A stretch of 64,000 nucleotides of DNA. It comes from Promethearchaeota archaeon (lineage in GTDB: Archaea; Asgardarchaeota; Lokiarchaeia; Sigyniarchaeales; SOKP01). The DNA lies in the NCBI GenBank assembly GCA_048937405.1, contig JBHLNF010000004.1, positions 192,001 through 256,000 on the forward strand, written 5' to 3'. Positions 50,099 through 60,699 of this stretch are shown piece by piece (positions within the stretch are counted from its first letter, which is position 1; each line of letters begins with the position of its first letter). A model generated the notes under the pieces. The model was not told where the DNA came from and made no database searches. It worked only from the letters and a program-made list of their open reading frames with translations. The translations under genes and the position numbers were made by a program.

Positions 50099-50826
50099 TG
50101 GGATCGCAAGAGATATTAGCATTAATAGAGCAATTTGAGACTGCTTATGATACCTATTGGCAAGTTCTACAAAAACATAATGAAGAAGTACTTTCTCAAT
50201 TAAAAGAAGCATGGCGTTATATGCAAGCAGAACAAAAAGAAGAAGAGACAATCAAGGAAAAATTGTCAGTACAAAATTCGGAATTAACAGAATTAAGAAC
50301 AAAATCAGAAGAATTAGATAAAACTATTGAAGGATTAAAAGCCAAAAAGGATGAATTAAATTCAAAAATATCTGAATTAACTAATACCTTGGAAACTAGT
50401 GTAAATGATTTAAAAAAACCTTCCTTTGAACTTACTCAACTTGAGGAAAAGCTCGCATCTGTAAATGAAAAAATTACCACAAAAGAAGAAGAAAAAACTG
50501 CATTAGATCAAAAAACAGTGGAAAATGAAAACCGAGAAGTAGAATTAAAAAACTCTTATCAGAAAAAGATGGATGAATTAGAAGCAAAAATTGATCAATT
50601 GAGACAAGAAAACTTCTTTACATCATTTCTAATCGAAAATTCGGACGAGGAAATCCATGAAGTTGACATATTAGCTACAATTATGGATAAGGGGGAAGCT
50701 AGATTGGATGATTTAAAGAAACTTCTTGATGTTCCACCAATAATGGCTGTTCGCACTATAAAACAACTAGCAGTGAAAGGCATCCTTAACCTTGACGAGA
50801 GTAGTGGGAAGGTAACTCTACCTTAA
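50098..50826 (+). CDS. Coiled-coil protein with C-terminal winged helix
   Basis: Heptad region then ILATIMDKGEARLDDLKKLLDVPPIMAVRTIKQLAVKGILNLDESSGKVTL; TAATG overlap and GAGGTG SD. Confidence 0.75.
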   Translation: MGSQEILALIEQFETAYDTYWQVLQKHNEEVLSQLKEAWRYMQAEQKEEETIKEKLSVQNSELTELRTKSEELDKTIEGLKAKKDELNSKISELTNTLETSVNDLKKPSFELTQLEEKLASVNEKITTKEEEKTALDQKTVENENREVELKNSYQKKMDELEAKIDQLRQENFFTSFLIENSDEEIHEVDILATIMDKGEARLDDLKKLLDVPPIMAVRTIKQLAVKGILNLDESSGKVTLP

Positions 50827-50968
50827 ACTGATTTTTTATTATTTTTTCTATTTTTATTTTTGAAATTTTTATTTTAACTTTTTTGCTTTTCCTTAGGTTT
50901 AAATAAAGATTCTTTTCTTACAGATACAAGATATTATTTTTTTCTATTGTAATGTATAGGGATTTAAA

Positions 50969-51826
50969 TTGATTGCACAATTTATAAGTGGGGCGGGGTA
51001 TAATCATAACCTTAATTTCGTACTTTTAGGTCCTTTATTAATAATTTTGATATATGGCGTTTTTTACTTTAGATATCGGAAGTATACTAATAAGATCTAC
51101 TTGAAACTAGCTTTTAACATGACAATTCTTATTATGAGTGTTGCATACATAATTTTACTTCATGTGGGCACTTTTAATAATTCCTGGATATCAAGTATGA
51201 CAATGATGCCTTTAGGAGTTTTATTAGTGTTATATATGATATATTATATTTTAAAGCTTGTTAAAAAAGCGCAAGAAGATCTAGAAAGGATTATTGCTTC
51301 AGCTTCAGATGTATCAATAAATGTTGCAAATATGGCATCTGAATTGGCAGCAAGTGCCAATCAAGTAAGTTCTAGTTCGGAAGAAATTGCTACTACAACA
51401 CAAGATGTGAGCAGTCAAGCTCAACAAATGATGGATTTTTCAGAAGAGATACGAAAAATAATGACACTCATAGTAAATATATCTGAGCAAACGAATCTAC
51501 TAGCATTGAATGCAAGCATTGAGGCTGGCAGAGCTGGTCAACAGGGGAAAGGATTTGGTGTAGTAGCTGATGAGGTCAGAAAGCTTGCAGAAGAATCTAA
51601 AGGTATCGTCAAAGAATCAAATGAGAAGATAGGTTATATTATTAATATGATCCAGAATACTAGTTCATCAATGGAACAAATTAGTACGTCTTCCGAAGAA
51701 CAAACCTCGTCTATGGAAGAAATAACATCGACTGCTAATAAATTGAATAATTTATCTGAAGAACTAAAATCCACATTAATTTCGGTTGAAGAAAAACTAG
51801 TGATTCAAGAAAAAAAGCTTATTTAA
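50969..51826 (+). CDS. Short methyl-accepting chemotaxis-like membrane protein
   Basis: [38 protein letters not shown] hairpin tip; 3 TM segments. Confidence 0.88.
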   Translation: MIAQFISGAGYNHNLNFVLLGPLLIILIYGVFYFRYRKYTNKIYLKLAFNMTILIMSVAYIILLHVGTFNNSWISSMTMMPLGVLLVLYMIYYILKLVKKAQEDLERIIASASDVSINVANMASELAASANQVSSSSEEIATTTQDVSSQAQQMMDFSEEIRKIMTLIVNISEQTNLLALNASIEAGRAGQQGKGFGVVADEVRKLAEESKGIVKESNEKIGYIINMIQNTSSSMEQISTSSEEQTSSMEEITSTANKLNNLSEELKSTLISVEEKLVIQEKKLI

Positions 51827-52363
51827 ACTAGCTATAGAATGATTTTTTCTTTTTCTTTTAATTTTTCTAATTCCTACTCCATAGTTATCCTTTTTATACA
51901 GAAATATAATAGTATTGCCTCGTGTTTAGCAAGGTCTTTGAATAATTATTATTTGATCTTCTACATAATTTTTAATTTTACTTATTTTTATTTTTAAAAT
52001 TACATATTCTTATAGACACTTAAGATTTTGAATAAGTTAAAGAAGGATATAGAGAGTTATGAATTCAAGGATTTATATGATGAGCGTCCGGTTATATTAA
52101 ATAAACATTTCCATTTTTTTAATCTGAATAACAATTTAATTTGCTTCTAATTTTTATACTCATCTATTGAAATATAAAGTTTATTGGAGTATCCAGTATC
52201 TGCAAAAGTGTAATAGACAAATTTATTAATTATTCCAATTTATGCTTTTACTTATCGTTTCAGAAGGCTTAAAGGAAAATATCAATTATTTACTTTAAAT
52301 TTCACACTTTTTTAATAAATCTTTATAGTTCACAACTAATTAAATAATAACCTATAATGGCTT

Positions 52364-53473
52364 ATGAAGAGATTTAAGAGCATTGATATCTTTCGGGGTT
52401 TAGGAATGATTTATATTATGGCTTCACATATGATAGATTGGTGGGCTATAGAAGATTGGTTATTTTATATACCTGTATCCCTGTTTTCAGCACTCGGTGC
52501 TGCAGGATTTGTATTTATATCAGGAGTTAGTACAATGATCTCTTATAGAAAAAGATTTGAGAGGGTTAAAACAGATGAAAATTATAATTATAATACACTC
52601 AGAAAAGAATATCTCATTCGAGGTTTGTTAATTTTGGGTCTTGGTATAGTTTATAATGGAGTTGTTGCTATTGAGTTTCTTGATCCTTTAATAATATGGA
52701 AATGGTTTATCATTTTAACAGTAGCAGCATCACTTCTATTAGCCTGGCCTTTTCTCAGAACCTCAAAAATGGTAAGAATTTTCACAGCAGTTATAATCTG
52801 GATTGTTAATCAAGTGGTATTAGCATTTTTAATGAAATTCGAAGGAAAATTCGATTTTTTTGGGATAATTTTTTTTATCTTATATAATTCTCTTGACCAA
52901 AATCCTATCTTAGCTTTCTTTACTTTTTTTATCATAGGTACGGTTATAGGAGATATGATCTATGATTATTCAAATATAGAGATGGAGGCTGAAAGAAAAA
53001 AATTTTTTAAAATGAAAATTATTATCCCTATTTTAGTATGTGGTATAATTCTGATTGCAGCAAGTTTTTGGTTTTTACTACCTAATTTATTTACAGAAAA
53101 AATACTCACAATTAATACCAATATCTGGTGGTTAACTTATACTTTGGGGTTAGACCTAATTATAATTTTAATATTGTTAATCCTTGAAGAAAATAATTTT
53201 TTTGATACCAAGAAAAGCTATAAAATCTTATTTTATTTTTCTTATTACTCTCTAACTTTGTTTCTGCTACAAAATATTAATTATTTCTTATTTTTAGGCA
53301 TATTAAATAGATTCAATATCTGGATTTTCATCATAATAACAATGATAGGCTACGGATTGTTTTTAAGACTAATGTATAAAAGATTTGAGGGGAAATTTTC
53401 ATTGAAAGTACAAATTGGTAGATTAACTTTAGCAATAATGAGAAGATTGAATAATCAAAAACCATTAAAATAA
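52364..53473 (+). CDS. DUF1624/HGSNAT-like membrane acyltransferase
   Basis: RFKSIDIFRG..M...H, FVFISGVS, multi-TM. Confidence 0.78.
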   Translation: MKRFKSIDIFRGLGMIYIMASHMIDWWAIEDWLFYIPVSLFSALGAAGFVFISGVSTMISYRKRFERVKTDENYNYNTLRKEYLIRGLLILGLGIVYNGVVAIEFLDPLIIWKWFIILTVAASLLLAWPFLRTSKMVRIFTAVIIWIVNQVVLAFLMKFEGKFDFFGIIFFILYNSLDQNPILAFFTFFIIGTVIGDMIYDYSNIEMEAERKKFFKMKIIIPILVCGIILIAASFWFLLPNLFTEKILTINTNIWWLTYTLGLDLIIILILLILEENNFFDTKKSYKILFYFSYYSLTLFLLQNINYFLFLGILNRFNIWIFIIITMIGYGLFLRLMYKRFEGKFSLKVQIGRLTLAIMRRLNNQKPLK

Positions 53474-53727
53474 ATTTTCTCTTCGAATTCTATACCTTTA
53501 AAGAATTTACTTCTTAAATATTCCTTATATTCTTTTTATTTGTGATTGTTTAATAATCAAGCTGATAATATGGTATTTTCTATAAATTTAAAATAATATC
53601 TGAATTTAATGAAGTAATAGAACTTTATATCAATCGTAGTAAATAATACTGAAAATACTATAAAAATTGAAAATATAAACGAATTTCTAAGAATGAGCTA
53701 TGAAAAAAAGATTAGAGGTGGAATAAA

Positions 53728-54654
53728 ATTTCCGATAAGAAAATGACTATGAAAGAAGCGATAAGGAAATTTGTTAATGATGGTGAATTGGTTTTTTTAG
53801 GTGGTTTTGGTCATGGTATTCCGTATTCTGCGGCTCATGAAATGATAAGATTAAAAAAGCGGAAACTCAGACTTTGTAAAGCCAGTGGAGGGATCTTATT
53901 TGATCAATTAATTGGTGCAGGAGTTACAAATCATATAATTGCATCACATTGTTGGAATGGATTCGGTCCACAACCTACTTGGAATTATAAGCGAGCTATG
54001 GAAAAAGGAATCCCACAAAAAATAATCTATAATGAACAATCATTATTCATGATTAATATGTCGTTTTTTGCGGGATATATGGGTATCCCATTTGTTCCAA
54101 TTAGATCACTTATAGGTACAAGTATCATTGATCACCCAAAAGAAGTTGGACTAAAAGCTGCTAAGGTAAAATGTCCTTTCACGGGAGAAGAAATTTGTGT
54201 TGTTCCTGCTATCAAACCCAATGTTGGAATAATACATGTACAAAGAGCCGATGTTGAAGGAAATGCTCAAATGTGGGGTTTTATTGGTGAAAATAAACAT
54301 GGGATTAATGCTTGTAAAAAAGTTATTGTATCTGCAGAAGAAATAGTAGATAAAAGGATTATTATGGAATCTCCAGAGCGAACAATAGTAAACTCATATA
54401 AAGTTGATGCTGTTGTTCATGAACCTTGGGGGGGTCATCCCAATAGCATGCAAGGATATTATTATACCGACATAGAATATAACTTTGACTATACGAAAGA
54501 AACAAAAACTCTTGAAAAATGGGAAAATTGGCTTGAAAAATGGGTTACCGGAGTAAATGATAGAAAAGAATATTTAAAAGTGTTAGGTGATAAAAGGATT
54601 AAGAAATTGAAAGTTAAGAATATAATACAAGGAGCTGTAAACTATGGGTTCTGA
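53728..54654 (+). CDS. gctA: Family I CoA-transferase alpha subunit (glutaconate CoA-transferase-like); probable ATT start 53728 (track 53743)
   Basis: EAIRKFVNDG, GIPFVPIRSLIGT, CPFTGE, IHVQRAD..GN, EPWGGHP. Confidence 0.85.
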   Translation: MSDKKMTMKEAIRKFVNDGELVFLGGFGHGIPYSAAHEMIRLKKRKLRLCKASGGILFDQLIGAGVTNHIIASHCWNGFGPQPTWNYKRAMEKGIPQKIIYNEQSLFMINMSFFAGYMGIPFVPIRSLIGTSIIDHPKEVGLKAAKVKCPFTGEEICVVPAIKPNVGIIHVQRADVEGNAQMWGFIGENKHGINACKKVIVSAEEIVDKRIIMESPERTIVNSYKVDAVVHEPWGGHPNSMQGYYYTDIEYNFDYTKETKTLEKWENWLEKWVTGVNDRKEYLKVLGDKRIKKLKVKNIIQGAVNYGF

Positions 54655-55483
54655 AGTAGAGAAAAAGTATTGTACTGAGTATACTGGTTACGAAATGATG
54701 TTAATATCGGCTAGCAGACAAATTAAAGCAAATGATATAATATTTAATGCTTTTCATTGGCCATATCTAGTCGTTCATATAGCAAGATTATTACACTTTC
54801 CCAATCTCTATACTTTTATTGAAATAGGAAATACACAAGATGAACTTATCAAACCAACAAAGATGCCTTATTCTATAAGTGATCCGGTTATAGTTCCAAA
54901 CTCACTATTTTTAGGAGATTCAGTTGATGTTTTATCAGTTCTCCAGCGAGGAGAAATAACATTAGCCTTTCTAAGCACTTCAATGATAGATAAGTATGGT
55001 AATTGCAATACTACTGTAATAGGACCATATGATAAACCAATTTATCGGCTACCTGGGGGTGGAGGTGCTACAGAGATTGCAGCATTATCAAAAAAATTGA
55101 TCTGGCTTTTAGATGAACATACTAAACGCAGATTTCAAAATAAATTAGAATATATTACCGATCCAGGATATTTAGATGGATATGATAGTAGAGTCAAGGC
55201 GGGATATCCTCCTGATACCGGTCCAGAAGCTATTATTTCCCCTCTAGGTATTATGCGGTTTGATTCCAAAACTAAAGAAGCATATTTAGAAGCTTTACAC
55301 CCAAATATATCCATTGAAGAAGTAAAAGAAAATACCGGATGGGATCTAAAGGTAACGAACAATTTAAAACAAATTGAACCCCCAACAATTAGAGAAATCG
55401 AAGTATGCAGGAAAACTATGAAAGACGCCATTGAACAGCGCTATATATTAAAACCAGAGTGGATTACCTATTTAAAGAAGTAA
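54644..55483 (+). CDS. gctB: Family I CoA-transferase beta subunit
   Basis: FIEIG catalytic Glu region, IDKYGNCNTTVIG, RLPGGGGA, ENTGWDL. Confidence 0.85.
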   Translation: MGSEVEKKYCTEYTGYEMMLISASRQIKANDIIFNAFHWPYLVVHIARLLHFPNLYTFIEIGNTQDELIKPTKMPYSISDPVIVPNSLFLGDSVDVLSVLQRGEITLAFLSTSMIDKYGNCNTTVIGPYDKPIYRLPGGGGATEIAALSKKLIWLLDEHTKRRFQNKLEYITDPGYLDGYDSRVKAGYPPDTGPEAIISPLGIMRFDSKTKEAYLEALHPNISIEEVKENTGWDLKVTNNLKQIEPPTIREIEVCRKTMKDAIEQRYILKPEWITYLKK

Positions 55484-55601
55484 TTTTAGTTCCTCTATAT
55501 AACTTTCTAATCTGTTTTTTTTAAGTATATTTATAATTTTCTTTCAATTTTAATTCTTTAAGGTTTTAGAGAATAGAATTAATATTGTATTTATTCATTG
55601 A

Positions 55602-55693
55602 TGACTAATAGTCAATTAGTGACCAAAAGTTTAAATACTAAAAATATTATTAATATATTTAATGACCCTTGGTCAGAAAGTTACCCACGTTCA
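55602..55693. promoter_or_regulatory. TetR operator array (TGAC-N5-GTCA) flanking BRE/TATA ACCAAAAGTTTAAATA
   Basis: Palindromes at 55602-55614 and 55663-55675, degenerate copies at 55620 and 55681; TATA region 55622-55637. Confidence 0.7.
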
Positions 55694-55698
55694 ATTTG

Positions 55699-56394
55699 AT
55701 GCAAATGAATAACGAGCGTAAAAAACGTATCCAACAAAGAAAAGAAAGGGAAAAGGAACAAAGGCGTCATAAAATCCTAATGACAGCTATGGAGTTTTTT
55801 ATTTCAAAAGGATTTGATGAAACTACCATGGAAGATATTGCTCTTAAAGCTTCATTAAGTAAAGGAACGTTATATAATTACTTTAATTCCAAAGATGATC
55901 TTTACTTGGCTGTAGCAACTAGAGCGACCAGAAAACTAAATGATTCTTACGAAACTAATGACTTAACCTCCAAATCAGAAATAGAACGTCTTTTATCGAA
56001 AGGTTATGCTACATACGAATTTTCAAAAAAGCATCCAAACCTATACAAGATTGCAAGTGAGATCCGTAAAGATCCTGTTTATCTAAACATATATAAAAAA
56101 GTAATAGAGGGAGCGCCTTTAAACCGAAACGAAACAGAAATGAACGTTGAGATACAGCGATATCAACAATTAATATTTAATCCAATAAAAGAAGCGATTG
56201 ATAAAAAACTCATAAGAGATGACTTAACACCAAAGTTTTTAACATTTACATTAACATCTTTAACAGGGGGACTAATTGATCTTCTTAGAAATTTTCATCC
56301 TCTTTATGAATCTATGGGAATAAATCCTGATGATATTATTGATTTGGTGTTAGATTGGGTAGCTGAAGGTTTAAAACCTAAGAACCAAGACTAA
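55699..56394 (+). CDS. TetR/AcrR family transcriptional regulator (track start 55669 lies inside an operator)
   Basis: KGFDETTMEDIA..ASLSKGTLYNYFNSKDDL HTH. Confidence 0.9.
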   Translation: MQMNNERKKRIQQRKEREKEQRRHKILMTAMEFFISKGFDETTMEDIALKASLSKGTLYNYFNSKDDLYLAVATRATRKLNDSYETNDLTSKSEIERLLSKGYATYEFSKKHPNLYKIASEIRKDPVYLNIYKKVIEGAPLNRNETEMNVEIQRYQQLIFNPIKEAIDKKLIRDDLTPKFLTFTLTSLTGGLIDLLRNFHPLYESMGINPDDIIDLVLDWVAEGLKPKNQD

Positions 56395-56434
56395 GAAATA
56401 AAAAATTTAACAAATTTAAAAGGAGGTTGTAAAA

Positions 56435-57538
56435 ATGGCTGCAGAAGAATTTTTATTTACTTTAGCAATGATCTCTAGCATTGCATTCACATATGTTAGT
56501 ATTAAAAGACAGGAGTTGAAAAAGTGGCTTCCCAGTCAATATAGCTTTACAGCAGCTCGTATGAGTTCTTTTTTAGCACTCAATATTAGTGAATTCATGA
56601 TTGCCTCTGTAGTTTTTTCAGTTTTAGGTGGTATATTAATCTGTGCTGCTTCATTTTTGGAGTATTATAACACTTTTTTTAAAAATAAACCGAAATTGTC
56701 CAAAAATCGTAAATTTCAATTAATGAGCTCGTTAATAATATTAAATCCAGGAATAATAGGTTTAGAAATATCTATGATTTTTATTATGCTTTTTGCTGCT
56801 TATTTATTAATTAAAGTATACAGATTAAAAAAAACTCCAACTCACGCATTCTTGTGTTTTGGTGTATTTACAATAATCCAATATTTGGTAACTATATTGT
56901 TTGATCCTTATGATGTAACTGGATTTCAAAACCTTATTAATTGTATTATTGAAGTAGTTTTTTTAGTAACTGCACTTGTAGCACTTGTAGAAAGGCGAAT
57001 ATTAAATATTAATAACATATTACAAAGAGTCTTGAATGCAGCATCAGATGTGAGTACAAATGTTGCTAATATTGCTACAGAATTAGCTGCTAATACAAAT
57101 CAAATTAATGCATCTTCTGAAGAAATTTCCTTCAGTACAAAAAAGGTAGCTAATGAAGGTGCTAAAATTATGAATGAATCTCATGATATTAAGCAAGTAT
57201 TGGACATTATATCAAATATATCTGATCAAACAAATCTATTGGCTTTAAACGCACGCATTGAAGCAGGAAGAGCTGGTGAATATGGACGAGGTTTTGCTGT
57301 TGTAGCTGATGAAGTAAGGAAATTAGCAGAGGAATCAAAAAATGCTGTTGATCATAGTAGTAGTAAAATAAAAGAGATTTTGGCTAATATTCATTCAACA
57401 TCTACTTCACTAGAAGGAATTAGTGCTTCCACTGAACAACAATCAGCTTCAATGGAGGAGATATCACAAACTACAAATAAATTGGGTACTTTAGCAGAAA
57501 ATTTGAAAGAGTTATTAACTGAAGTAAAAATTATATAA
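56435..57538 (+). CDS. Methyl-accepting chemotaxis-like protein with multi-pass N-terminus and short signalling domain
   Basis: [38 protein letters not shown]; about 6 TM; AGGAGG SD. Confidence 0.88.
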   Translation: MAAEEFLFTLAMISSIAFTYVSIKRQELKKWLPSQYSFTAARMSSFLALNISEFMIASVVFSVLGGILICAASFLEYYNTFFKNKPKLSKNRKFQLMSSLIILNPGIIGLEISMIFIMLFAAYLLIKVYRLKKTPTHAFLCFGVFTIIQYLVTILFDPYDVTGFQNLINCIIEVVFLVTALVALVERRILNINNILQRVLNAASDVSTNVANIATELAANTNQINASSEEISFSTKKVANEGAKIMNESHDIKQVLDIISNISDQTNLLALNARIEAGRAGEYGRGFAVVADEVRKLAEESKNAVDHSSSKIKEILANIHSTSTSLEGISASTEQQSASMEEISQTTNKLGTLAENLKELLTEVKII

Positions 57539-57582
57539 ATTTTTTTTTTTAAAAATTTCGAATCAAAAAATGGTGAAAATAT

Positions 57583-57978
57583 TTGATTAAAATATTTATA
57601 GTTGATGACGATGATTCAATTTTAAAATTGTATAAACAATTTTTCGAATATAAAGGATTTAATGTCATAGACTATGCTAAGGATGGAAATGAAGCAGTAA
57701 ATAAATATTTAAGATTTAAAACTAAGCCAGATTTAGTTATTATGGACTATCAAATGCCTTTTAAAAATGGAATCGAAGCAACAAAAGAAATCTTAAAAAT
57801 CGATGGTAACATAAAAATAATCTTAATTAGTGGAGATTGTAGTATAAAAAATGAAGCTTTGGCGGCAGGAGCGATAATTTTTAAGAAAAAACCATTTAAT
57901 TTACAAGAGTTATATTTATCTGTATCAACATTAATTTGCAACTCTAATATGATATGTTCTAAGATTCGTGCTTGTTAA
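57583..57978 (+). CDS. Single-domain response regulator (CheY-like)
   Basis: IVDDD, VIMDYQMP, ISG, KKPF. Confidence 0.9.
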   Translation: MIKIFIVDDDDSILKLYKQFFEYKGFNVIDYAKDGNEAVNKYLRFKTKPDLVIMDYQMPFKNGIEATKEILKIDGNIKIILISGDCSIKNEALAAGAIIFKKKPFNLQELYLSVSTLICNSNMICSKIRAC

Positions 57979-58015
57979 AATCCCTTTAACCACAATTCAT
58001 TTTTTGTATAATTAG

Positions 58016-58043
58016 GCTAGAATGAATCTATTTTCATTCTAGC
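58016..58043. terminator. 11-bp inverted repeat downstream of response regulator
   Basis: GCTAGAATGAA-6nt-TTCATTCTAGC. Confidence 0.45.
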
Positions 58044-58099
58044 TAATTATATTTAATTCATTTTTACTTATAGGGCATTTTGGAGCTAAATAATGCATT

Positions 58100-58192
58100 C
58101 GACCAGTAGTCATTTTTTGAACCAAAAGTTTAAATAAGAAAATGAATTTTTTTATATTAATAACCCTTGGTATAAAAAATGACTCTCAGTCA
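58100..58192. promoter_or_regulatory. Second TetR operator array with the same BRE/TATA core
   Basis: CGAC-CAGTA-GTCA 58100, ACCAAAAGTTTAAATA 58121-58136, TAAC-CCTTG-GTAT 58161, TGAC-TCTCA-GTCA 58180. Confidence 0.7.
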
Positions 58193-58216
58193 TTACACAG
58201 GATAAGGTGATTATTA

Positions 58217-58897
58217 ATGGAAAGTAAAAAAAAAGTTAAGGAAAAAATGACTAGGAAGGAAAGAGAAACACAATTACGAAAGCAGATTATACTTGAAGCT
58301 GCAGAAAAATTGTTTTTATCTAAAGGATATGAAGCCACGACAATGGATGAAATAGCTAATGAAGCAGAATTTAGTAAAGGAACAGTTTATAAATATTTTG
58401 TCTCTAAGGATGAATTATATATTGCGATAGGTATCAAAGCTTATGAATTGATCATTAAATACACAAGAGAATTTACGGAGAAAGAGGATCAGGGTATAAA
58501 ACAGCTAATGGCGGTAGGATATGCTTATTATGAATTTACGAAAGATAATCCAAATTATGCTTCGATCTTTCATGATATAGGACTGAAATTTCCTGATATT
58601 GCATCCAAGTCTAAAACTGAACTCTCTAAGATTGAAAAAGAGTATCTTGATTTAAGTAATATATATCGAGACATCTTTGTTAAAGTGATGAATGAAGCTG
58701 TAAAAAACAAATCGATTCGTGCAGATAAAACTCCTTTTATGATCGGTTATGTCCTCTCAACTCTCACAAGAGGTTTAGTTGAAGATTTAATTCATTCTAA
58801 GGAAATTGTTAAAAAAAGATTTAATTTAGAACCTGATGATATCATAGATTTTGCTTTCGATATCATTGGAGAAGGCTTAAAACCAAGGGAAAAATAA
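58217..58897 (+). CDS. TetR/AcrR family transcriptional regulator, paralog of 55699..56394
   Basis: KGYEATTMDEIA..AEFSKGTVYKYFVSKDEL; shared C-terminus PDDIID...EGLKP. Confidence 0.92.
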   Translation: MESKKKVKEKMTRKERETQLRKQIILEAAEKLFLSKGYEATTMDEIANEAEFSKGTVYKYFVSKDELYIAIGIKAYELIIKYTREFTEKEDQGIKQLMAVGYAYYEFTKDNPNYASIFHDIGLKFPDIASKSKTELSKIEKEYLDLSNIYRDIFVKVMNEAVKNKSIRADKTPFMIGYVLSTLTRGLVEDLIHSKEIVKKRFNLEPDDIIDFAFDIIGEGLKPREK

Positions 58898-58918
58898 AAA
58901 TAAGGAGGAATAAAAAAA

Positions 58919-59407
58919 ATGTCGAAAGTATTAATTGTATATTATTCTCTCACAGGAAATACCAAATTAATTGCAAAAGCAATAACAAAGTCATTAAATG
59001 CAGATATTCTTGAATTAAAACCTGTGAAGGAACTCAATGCTGAAAGTGGGATGAAATACTTTTTGGGTGGTTTTCAAGCAACAATGAAAAGAAAACCCAA
59101 ATTAAAAGATTTTGATATCAATCCACTAATCTATGATTTAATTTTTATTGGAACACCAGTATGGGCATGGACATACTCTCCACCAATTCGTTCTTTCTTG
59201 TTAAAATTTGACTTATCAGGAAAGAACATAGCACTCTGGACATGTAGTGATGGAGATGGTGTAAAAGCAATGAGAAGATTTAAAGAAACTTTAAGGGAAA
59301 GTAATATAATTGGTGAAATCCGTTTTATATCTCCAAAAGAGCATGGAGTAGATGAAGCCAAAGAAAAAGCAATAGCTTGGGCAAATGAGATTATTCAGAA
59401 TATATAA
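58919..59407 (+). CDS. Flavodoxin family protein
   Basis: YYSLTGNT, IGTPVW. Confidence 0.88.
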   Translation: MSKVLIVYYSLTGNTKLIAKAITKSLNADILELKPVKELNAESGMKYFLGGFQATMKRKPKLKDFDINPLIYDLIFIGTPVWAWTYSPPIRSFLLKFDLSGKNIALWTCSDGDGVKAMRRFKETLRESNIIGEIRFISPKEHGVDEAKEKAIAWANEIIQNI

Positions 59408-59426
59408 ATTATGAGAGTGTTATAGA

Positions 59427-60203
59427 ATGGGACAACACAAGAAATTGTTTAAATTCAGAAAACTTTTGATGTTCTTATGGGTAATTGCTTTACCGATCAC
59501 ATTTAATTGGATGTCACCTGTTCTTATTATTATGGGAGGTTTTGAAGGTTATATTACAATAAGTTTCATTGTCTTTGCTACTTGGTTCATTTCCTCTTTG
59601 TTTTTCGGTAGATCTTTTTGTGCTTATGGATGTCAATGGGGTGCAATTCAAGAAGTTCTGGGGGATACAATACCTAAGAAACTAGATCAAGCTAAAAAAA
59701 GGAAAAGAAGGAAGATTAAATACATCGTTTTTATTGTGTGGATTATTTTTATTGCTTTGGGACCAATATTCAATTTAGGATACCAATATGGATTTAATCC
59801 ATTTTATCCAACTCCCGAAGATCCCACAGGAATAATTTCATGGAATGAATTTGCAATTGGGATGTTGATTTTTTATTTCGGAATTATCGGATCTGTAGCT
59901 ATTCTATTTACATTAGTAGGAGGAAAACGATCATTTTGTAATTATGCATGTCCTATGGGAGTATTAGGAGTTATAGGGACAAAAATTAAAAATACCCTTA
60001 AATACCCTTCACTGCACTTAGAAGTTAATACTGAGAGTTGTACTCAATGTAAGCAATGTTCAAAAGCATGTGAGATGGGGCTTGATGTTAATGAAATGGT
60101 ACAATCAGGAGATATGTATGATCCTGATTGCATTTTATGTGGTAACTGTGTTTCTACTTGCCCACAGAATGTTATAAATTATGCATGGAAATGGAATAAC
60201 TAA
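59427..60203 (+). CDS. Membrane 4Fe-4S binding protein (NapH/MauN-like)
   Basis: GRSFCAYGC, FCNYACPMG, CTQCKQCSKAC, CILCGNCVSTCP. Confidence 0.85.
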   Translation: MGQHKKLFKFRKLLMFLWVIALPITFNWMSPVLIIMGGFEGYITISFIVFATWFISSLFFGRSFCAYGCQWGAIQEVLGDTIPKKLDQAKKRKRRKIKYIVFIVWIIFIALGPIFNLGYQYGFNPFYPTPEDPTGIISWNEFAIGMLIFYFGIIGSVAILFTLVGGKRSFCNYACPMGVLGVIGTKIKNTLKYPSLHLEVNTESCTQCKQCSKACEMGLDVNEMVQSGDMYDPDCILCGNCVSTCPQNVINYAWKWNN

Positions 60204-60365
60204 AAATATTTGATAACTTTCTTTTATTTTTTTATAGCTTTTGCATATAAATATATTGAGGGTGAGAATATAGATTGTTTTATATTATATTATTTTCACA
60301 TACAATAAAGAGATTACATTGATAAGTTGTTTTTAGCTTATTTTTATTAAAGATAAATAAAAAAT

Positions 60366-60572
60366 GTGATAATGCAATTACTAACCAAAAATATTCAAGT
60401 CACACAGGTACCTTGTTCTAAATGCAAAGGAGTTTTTAATGCAGGAATTTCAACTGACATAATTAGTAAAGTTGAGATATATCCTTTTCCTAATGTACTG
60501 TTGCATAGTTTACTTGAAAATAATAGTAAAATTTGCAACTCCCATTATCATCCAAATTTTTATTTTAAATAG
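60366..60572 (+). pseudogene. Possible truncated Loki-type Zn-binding domain fragment
   Basis: CSKC...YPF..V.LH pattern, then ends early. Confidence 0.35.
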
Positions 60573-60699
60573 ATTAGAAGTCTACTTCTTCATAACCTTT
60601 TTATAGGATTTTTAATTTTCTTTATCGATATGTACGGTTATACATATCTATAATCTTTAATTTATAAAATAGTATAAACAAAAAATAATAAACTATAAA

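Noticed and set aside
51850-52360. Long intergenic gap as a hidden gene or ncRNA
   Set aside because: No convincing reading frame or GC-rich stem structure could be identified by eye
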